This document shows positions 6,702 through 12,048 of a DNA stretch of 12,048 bases, one piece after another. Position 1 is the stretch's first letter; each line of letters starts with the position of its first letter. Source of the DNA: Fidelibacterota bacterium. Lineage in GTDB: Bacteria > Fidelibacterota > Marinisomatia > Marinisomatales > UBA2128. Location: the NCBI GenBank assembly GCA_046861645.1, contig JBHHUM010000063.1, positions 1-12,048 of the forward strand. The letters are read 5' to 3'. Below the pieces are notes generated by a model. That model searched no databases. It was not told the DNA's origin and was given only the letters and a program-made list of their open reading frames with translations. The position numbers and the translations under genes are program-made.

Positions 6702-9700
6702 ATGAAACGACTACTTACTATTAGTTCGGTATTGATTTTTGGCGTAACAACTTTATTTGCCAAGGAGTGGGAAGTAGCATCATCTTCTGGGGTGGAGCAA
6801 TTGACTATTGATCTTTTAGGCTCTACTATCAATCATAGTGAACTTAGTTTCAGATTGGATGGATTTTATACTGACTTTATCGACATTGATGGGCAAAATT
6901 ATGTCGTAGTTACTCATCCTGATGCTCCAGGATTCCTGTTGGAGGGATTTCCCGGACTTCCCCGGGTCAACCGCAGCCTTATTATTCCAGATATAGGAGC
7001 AATAGAGGTAACAGTTACATCTATAGTCTATAAGGAATATAAATTAGGTCCTGTTGCACCCTCAAAAGGGAATCTATTGAGAACACAGAATCCTGAGGAT
7101 ATTCCCTACGTTTTTAATGAATATTATCAGACAGATAATTGGTTTCCTGCTGAAAACGTGACCCTAAGTGAGCCATTTATTTTCCGGGGAGTGCGAGGTG
7201 TTAACGTACAATTTCAACCCTTCCAATACAATCCCTCGTCTCAAACCCTCCGAGTAGCAATGGAAATGACCATTTCTCTTGATGCTATTCCTGGAGAAGC
7301 TCCCAACTCAATTCATAGGCAAAATAGAATTCCATCTAACCGAGATTTCGTCAGAATACAAAAGGATTTCTTCGCCAACTTTGAAGAAACTCAAGATATT
7401 TACTACGAAGGAATAGAAGAACCAGGTTATTTAGTGATTATTACTTTTGATGATTTCATTGATGCAATTCAGCCCCTGGCAGAGTGGAAGCTTCAGAAGG
7501 GCATACCTACCGAAGTTGTACCCCTGAGTTCCATTGGCAGCACTACAAGTGATATATTATCTTTTCTGCAAACCAGGTATGATACTGGTGAATTGACCTA
7601 TGTGATACTGGTGGGAGATGATGCTCAGATTCCTACTCTTTATGGTTCTACTGGAGCTGGTTCTGATCCTTCTTACGTCATGCTGGATGGTAGCGATTAT
7701 TATCCTGATGCCTTCATTTCGCGGATTTCTGCTACTACCGAGAGCGAAGTCGCTGATCAGGTAGCTAAGTTTTTGGCGTACGAAATAGATCCTCCAGGTT
7801 CGGTCTGGTTCAGCCGAGGATTGGGTGTCGCTAGTGCCGAAGGAAGTAGTATCCCACCTGATTATCTGGCTGATTGGGAACGGGCTGAACTACTCAGGGA
7901 TATGCTAATGAACTATACCTATTCAGATGTGGATCAGATCTATGATCCAGGTGCATCCCTCAGTGAACTGGTATCTGCCCTGAATGAGGGACGCTCAATT
8001 TTCAACTATATTGGGCATGGAGCAGGCACCTATTGGGGCACAACAGGTTTCAGTAACAGCCATGCTTCCTCTCTGAATAATGGTTTCATGATGCCCTTTG
8101 TAATCGATGTATCTTGCCTGAATGGACAGTGGCACGGTACGACCTGTTTAGCCGAGGCTTTCATGCGTAATCCTGAGGGAGGAGCAGTGGGAATGTTTTC
8201 CTCTTCAGTTAGTTGTTCTTGGGTACCTCCTACAGTTATGCAGTATCATATTGTTGAACTTCTGACTACAGAACAGCGCAATACCATGGGTGGTTTGAGT
8301 ATGCACGGGTCCATTCATACACTGGAATCTTATAACGGTGGTTCTGAAGGTATTGCTATTGTTGAGGAATACATACTTTTTGGTGATTGTACACTTCCCA
8401 TGAGGACGGTCAGTCCCATCACCGTAACCGCTTCACATGATCCTATTATTCCCTTGGGCTCTACATCTTTTTCAGTCCTAACAATACCGGGTGCTATGGT
8501 TGGTTTGACAATGGATGGAATCCTTTATGGAACGGCCATTGCCGGTGCTGATGGTATCGCCAACGTGGAATTTGAAGAAGCTCTTTCCGTCCCAGGAGCT
8601 ATAACGGTTACCGTTACTGCCTACAATTTTCTACCCTACATTACTGAAGTAAATGTCATTCAACCGGAAGGACCTTATGTAGCATTTGACTCCTATACGA
8701 TCTATGATATTAACGGCAATTTCGATGGTACAGTAGATTTTGGCGAAACTGTGGATATGTTCTTAAGTGTGACTAATGTTGGGGTGGAAGAAGCTTTCAA
8801 TGTGACCGGAATTATAACCTCTGAAGATCCACTGGTTACTATGATTGACGGTGATGTGACCTTTGGAAATATTGCTTCCGATGAGACAGTGACCAGTCAG
8901 GACGAGTTGATTATTATTGTGTCAGAAGAGACTGAGGATGGTCACATTATTCCATTTAGCATAGTTATCAATGGTACAGATAGTAATGGAAGTGAACTGC
9001 AGTGGGAATCTAATTTCAGTGTTACCGTTGAGGCTCCGGTTTTGGGTTTTGTAAGCTACAGTTTAGAAGGAACAGGTGAAAATGGAGTATTCGATCCGGG
9101 CGAGACTGTACAATTAGTGGTGACCCTATCCAACGAAGGTGCAGAAGATGCTACCAGTGTCATGGCAGAAATAGCAGAGAGTTCCAGTTATATTACGGTT
9201 GATGATAATCAAACTTACTTTGCTACAGTGACTGCTGGCGGGTCGGTGTCTAATAGTTCCAACCCTTTTACTGTGACAGCATCTACCAATACTCCTCTGG
9301 GGACAGAAATAGAATTTACTCTGACTGTTACCGCTCAAAATAATTACACCATTGTAGAGACATTTTCACTGATTGTGGGGCAAAATCAATTCTTCAGCGA
9401 AGATGTTCCTCTGGATTTTGGCCCTAACAACATAGAAAGTATTCTCAACATCCCAGTCTCATTTTTAATCAGTGATATTAATGTTATGGTGGATATCACT
9501 CATCCTTGGGTAGGTGATATTCAGTTACGACTCCGGTCTCCAGCAGGTACGGAAGTAGCATTGGTCACCAATCAAGGAGGATCTGGTGATAATTTCACTG
9601 AAACCGTATTTGATGATGATGCAGAAACCCCCATTGATAGTGGTACACCTCCTTATAATGGTAGTTTCCAACCAGAAGAACCTTTGGCGAATTTTAATAG

Positions 9701-10589
9701 TGAGGAATCACTTGGTAGTTGGACCCTTATCGTAATTGATACTTATCCTTCTCTGGATGATGGCACATTAAATGCCTGGAGTCTTACCATCAGCGGTGAA
9801 AGTTCTTCGCCCTGTGAAAAAGGAGATGTCAATTCGGATGGTTTTATAGATGTCTTTGATGTTATTAAAACAGTGAATATTATTCTTGGAATTGATACCG
9901 AACCTACAGAGGATGAGATATGTGCTGCCGATTATGATGACGATGGCTCGGTTGATGTTTTCGATGTCGTCAAAATGGTAAATTATATCCTTGGCATAGG
10001 CCAGACAAAGATGACCGCTCCGGCTACTTCAGCGGTTCTGATCCAGAGTGGTGAGACAATTTCTCTTAGCGCCAATGGGCCAGTTGCGGCTTTACAATTC
10101 TCTATCGAGACCGAAAGTGAGATTATTCCCCTGACAATTGAAGGTTTGGAAATCTTATACAACCGTATCAGTGAAACTACCGTCGAGGTATTGATCTTCA
10201 GTATGGATGGTACTACTTTGGAAAAAGATAAGTTACTGACGGTTAAAGGCAATTATTCCCTGAGAGATATTCAGGTATCCAACCTTAAAGGGGAAAAAGT
10301 TGCTGCTGAGATCCGGATTGTTCCGGAAGAATTTGTTTTGTTTCAGAACTACCCAAACCCTTTTAATCCGATTACTACCATTTCTTACGATTTACCTGAG
10401 GAAGGGTATGTTAGACTGGTGATCTACGATATTCTCGGCCAGGAAATAGTAAACTTAGTAGATGAAGAGCAATCTGCGGGCAGTTATCAGGTACGCTGGG
10501 AACCTGATAATATTGCCAGTGGCATTTACATTTACAGGTTGATTGCTGCTGGTACAAGTCGGACAGCACGCATGATCTTGTTGAAATAG
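6702..10589 (+). CDS. C25-family (gingipain-like) cysteine peptidase: signal peptide, C25 propeptide, C25 catalytic domain, C25 Ig-like domain, 2x CARDB-like Ig repeats, proprotein-convertase P-domain, dockerin, T9SS type-A-like CTD
   Basis: ATG 6702 gives a classic signal peptide (MKRLLTISSVLIFGVTTLFA). Propeptide motifs G.PGLP, APSKG..LR, FIFRGVRG and PFQYNP. Catalytic FNYIGHG (His 8016-8018) and DVSCLNG (Cys 8115-8117), plus YVILVGD, SDPSY, CLAEAFMR and LFGD. P-domain 'VDITHPWVGDIQLRLRSPAGT...WTLIVID...LNAWSLTI' (~9402-9797), dockerin 9822-9995, CTD 'LFQNYPNPFNPITTISYDLP...IYDILGQ...SGIYIY...MILLK' (~10323-10589). 1295 aa. Confidence 0.92.
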   Translation: MKRLLTISSVLIFGVTTLFAKEWEVASSSGVEQLTIDLLGSTINHSELSFRLDGFYTDFIDIDGQNYVVVTHPDAPGFLLEGFPGLPRVNRSLIIPDIGAIEVTVTSIVYKEYKLGPVAPSKGNLLRTQNPEDIPYVFNEYYQTDNWFPAENVTLSEPFIFRGVRGVNVQFQPFQYNPSSQTLRVAMEMTISLDAIPGEAPNSIHRQNRIPSNRDFVRIQKDFFANFEETQDIYYEGIEEPGYLVIITFDDFIDAIQPLAEWKLQKGIPTEVVPLSSIGSTTSDILSFLQTRYDTGELTYVILVGDDAQIPTLYGSTGAGSDPSYVMLDGSDYYPDAFISRISATTESEVADQVAKFLAYEIDPPGSVWFSRGLGVASAEGSSIPPDYLADWERAELLRDMLMNYTYSDVDQIYDPGASLSELVSALNEGRSIFNYIGHGAGTYWGTTGFSNSHASSLNNGFMMPFVIDVSCLNGQWHGTTCLAEAFMRNPEGGAVGMFSSSVSCSWVPPTVMQYHIVELLTTEQRNTMGGLSMHGSIHTLESYNGGSEGIAIVEEYILFGDCTLPMRTVSPITVTASHDPIIPLGSTSFSVLTIPGAMVGLTMDGILYGTAIAGADGIANVEFEEALSVPGAITVTVTAYNFLPYITEVNVIQPEGPYVAFDSYTIYDINGNFDGTVDFGETVDMFLSVTNVGVEEAFNVTGIITSEDPLVTMIDGDVTFGNIASDETVTSQDELIIIVSEETEDGHIIPFSIVINGTDSNGSELQWESNFSVTVEAPVLGFVSYSLEGTGENGVFDPGETVQLVVTLSNEGAEDATSVMAEIAESSSYITVDDNQTYFATVTAGGSVSNSSNPFTVTASTNTPLGTEIEFTLTVTAQNNYTIVETFSLIVGQNQFFSEDVPLDFGPNNIESILNIPVSFLISDINVMVDITHPWVGDIQLRLRSPAGTEVALVTNQGGSGDNFTETVFDDDAETPIDSGTPPYNGSFQPEEPLANFNSEESLGSWTLIVIDTYPSLDDGTLNAWSLTISGESSSPCEKGDVNSDGFIDVFDVIKTVNIILGIDTEPTEDEICAADYDDDGSVDVFDVVKMVNYILGIGQTKMTAPATSAVLIQSGETISLSANGPVAALQFSIETESEIIPLTIEGLEILYNRISETTVEVLIFSMDGTTLEKDKLLTVKGNYSLRDIQVSNLKGEKVAAEIRIVPEEFVLFQNYPNPFNPITTISYDLPEEGYVRLVIYDILGQEIVNLVDEEQSAGSYQVRWEPDNIASGIYIYRLIAAGTSRTARMILLK
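8673..9380 (+). repeat. Two tandem ~115-120 aa Ig-like (CARDB-like) protein repeats within the C25 gene
   Basis: 'PYVAFDSYTI...DGTVDFGETVDMFLSVTNVGVEEAFNV...' (8673-9032) versus 'PVLGFVSYSL...NGVFDPGETVQLVVTLSNEGAEDATSV...' (9036-9380). Confidence 0.75.
9822..9995 (+). repeat. Type I dockerin duplicated Ca-binding segments within the C25 gene
   Basis: GDVNSDGFIDVFDVIKTVNIILG and ADYDDDGSVDVFDVVKMVNYILG. The duplication is also visible at nucleotide level. Confidence 0.85.
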
Positions 10590-10713
10590 TGTGATTGAGC
10601 GCAAGGATTTATATGAAATGCTTAAAACCTCGTTGTTTTAACGACTTCGGTGAGTAAATTTGATTTGATGATTTATCTTTGGAACCTCAATTCAGTAGGT
10701 ATTAACAGTTAGT

Positions 10714-10724
10714 AAGGAGGAGGT
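10714..10724 (+). promoter_or_regulatory. Strong Shine-Dalgarno site (AAGGAGGAGGT) for the ATG at 10728
   Basis: GGAGG at 10716-10720 is 7 nt from ATG 10728. Confidence 0.8.
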
Positions 10725-10727
10725 AAA

Positions 10728-12048
10728 ATGTCACGTACACTGACAAGAATAGTTGCTGCAATCTTTATATTAAGCTTCACCTCTATATCCTCAGGTCAAG
10801 CTTTATGTCCCCCATCGAATCTAGTTGCTGGTGGCGGAGATGGAGAGGTTTTACTCTCTTGGACTGAGCCTAACTTTGAAGGAGGAAGTGGCGAGTGGGA
10901 GATTCTTGCCGAATTAATGGCCAATGCTGATTGGGACTCTGCATCCATCGACTTGAGTTCTTATACTGGTTCGATCATACAATTAGCCTTTCACTATAAT
11001 GATGGTGGTTCTTGGGCTGATGGTTCAGGAGTCGATGATGTAGTCATTAATGGCGATAGCAGCTCAATCGTATCAGCAAATTTTGATGATGGACAGCTGC
11101 CTGCAGATTGGTCAATAGAAACTCCTGGAGTGGGCTGGGAATTCGCTGATGCCACTTATTTTAACAGCAATGGAGCTAATTTCATTACCTTTCCAGAACA
11201 TGGCATCTTTGCCGGAAATGATGACGATGGTAATGGATCGAGTAATATAGCTGATGATTATCTCATTACCTCCTCAATTGATTTAAGCAGTGTGAGTTCC
11301 GCCAATATTGAATTTCTTTACTGGCACTCTGGTCAGTATGGTGGCGTCCTCACTCTTGAGGTTCGAGTTATTGAAGCAGCCGATTGTGGGACGTTCTCTC
11401 ACTATATTGTCTATCGCGATAGCTTGGAACTTGATACCACTTCGGATGCCACTTATATTGATGCGAGTGTCACTAATGGTACCGAGTATTGCTACATGGT
11501 ATCTGCTCAATACACAGAGGGTGAGTCATCCCCTACTGATGAAGCTTGTGCCACGCCAGCAGAGATGTATGTGGCGACACTTCCTATCAGTGAAGATTTT
11601 GAAGGTGCTCTCGGTGAAGGATGGGGCCAGGAAGTTTCTGAAGGAGCCCCTGCAGAATGGTCTTTTGGTATCAATAGCGCTATACCTCCAGGTGATGGCA
11701 ACTATGCCTGGATTAATGACGATGAAGTGGGTTCAGGTACTCCGGGTTATATCGCTACCCTGCACACTCCCTTTTTCGATGCTGATAGTGGTATTATTAT
11801 TCTTTCCTTCGACTACATATTTAATGAGTTAGGGGATTTCTTTGATCTCGTCTACCGGCTGCCCGGTGGCGACTGGCAGGAGTTAATGCCCCTTACAGAA
11901 GTACTCAGTTGGACATCTTTGACGGTAGATTTAACTGCTGACATTGGTGGCATGAGCGCTGTACAAATTGGCTTTCAATATGATGATGCTTCCTCGTGGG
12001 CCTGGTGGCTTGGTGTTGATAACGTTGCTGTGAATTCCATGACAGAGG
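10728..12048 (+). CDS. 3'-truncated secreted adhesin-like protein with Fn3 and cleaved-adhesin/MAM-like (choice-of-anchor J-like) domains
   Basis: Translated by hand; it is absent from the ORF track, presumably because there is no stop in the window. 440 open codons: MSRTLTRIVAAIFILSFTSISSG-QALCPPSNLVAGGGDGEVLLSWTEP...IDLSSYTGSIIQLAFHY...VDDVVI...NFDDGQLPADW...YLITSSIDLS...YIVYRDS...TYIDASVTNGTEYCYMVSAQYTEGESSP...LPISEDFE...VQIGFQYDD..WAWWLGVDNVAV. Has a signal peptide and a strong RBS. Confidence 0.9.
   Translation, partial: MSRTLTRIVAAIFILSFTSISSGQALCPPSNLVAGGGDGEVLLSWTEPNFEGGSGEWEILAELMANADWDSASIDLSSYTGSIIQLAFHYNDGGSWADGSGVDDVVINGDSSSIVSANFDDGQLPADWSIETPGVGWEFADATYFNSNGANFITFPEHGIFAGNDDDGNGSSNIADDYLITSSIDLSSVSSANIEFLYWHSGQYGGVLTLEVRVIEAADCGTFSHYIVYRDSLELDTTSDATYIDASVTNGTEYCYMVSAQYTEGESSPTDEACATPAEMYVATLPISEDFEGALGEGWGQEVSEGAPAEWSFGINSAIPPGDGNYAWINDDEVGSGTPGYIATLHTPFFDADSGIIILSFDYIFNELGDFFDLVYRLPGGDWQELMPLTEVLSWTSLTVDLTADIGGMSAVQIGFQYDDASSWAWWLGVDNVAVNSMTE

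Noticed and set aside
314..11701. All other 60-89 aa ORFs in the track, on both strands
   Set aside because: They overlap well-supported long genes in other frames or antisense and have no recognisable domains.
11308..11832. 174-aa + strand ORF in the track
   Set aside because: Out-of-frame shadow inside the real gene starting at 10728; no recognisable domain or RBS.
1..12048. CRISPR arrays, tRNA/rRNA, IS elements, reverse transcriptase or DGR-type template/variable repeats
   Set aside because: No near-identical nucleotide repeats, transposase/RT motifs or RNA-gene structures were seen. The repeats present are diverged protein-domain repeats.

Overview
Bacterial window of roughly 40% GC (estimated by eye) with six co-directional + strand genes. 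All encode exported or envelope proteins typical of FCB-group bacteria. The C-terminal 'YPNPFN' sorting domains, a dockerin and strong Shine-Dalgarno sites suggest a non-Bacteroidia lineage such as Marinimicrobia, Calditrichota or KSB1 (inference). In order: (1) 5'-truncated M1-family metallopeptidase fused to a C-terminal Omp85/BamA-like beta-barrel; a ~425 bp AT-rich gap; (2) His/Met-rich YVTN/YncE-type beta-propeller lipoprotein ending in CxxC; (3) pentaheme c-type cytochrome lipoprotein; (4) 10x FG-GAP/VCBS repeat protein with a T9SS-type C-terminal domain; (5) Arg-gingipain-like C25 cysteine protease with tandem Ig-like repeats, proprotein-convertase P-domain, dockerin and T9SS-type CTD; (6) a 3'-truncated gene from 10728 that is absent from the ORF track, encoding a gingipain/hemagglutinin-like adhesin. 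The most striking observation is in gene 6: its first cleaved-adhesin/MAM-like domain appears circularly permuted and inserted into a split Fn3 domain, next to a canonical copy. Genes 2-4 look like a compact, possibly metal/heme-dependent envelope redox module. No RNA genes, CRISPR arrays or mobile elements were recognised.
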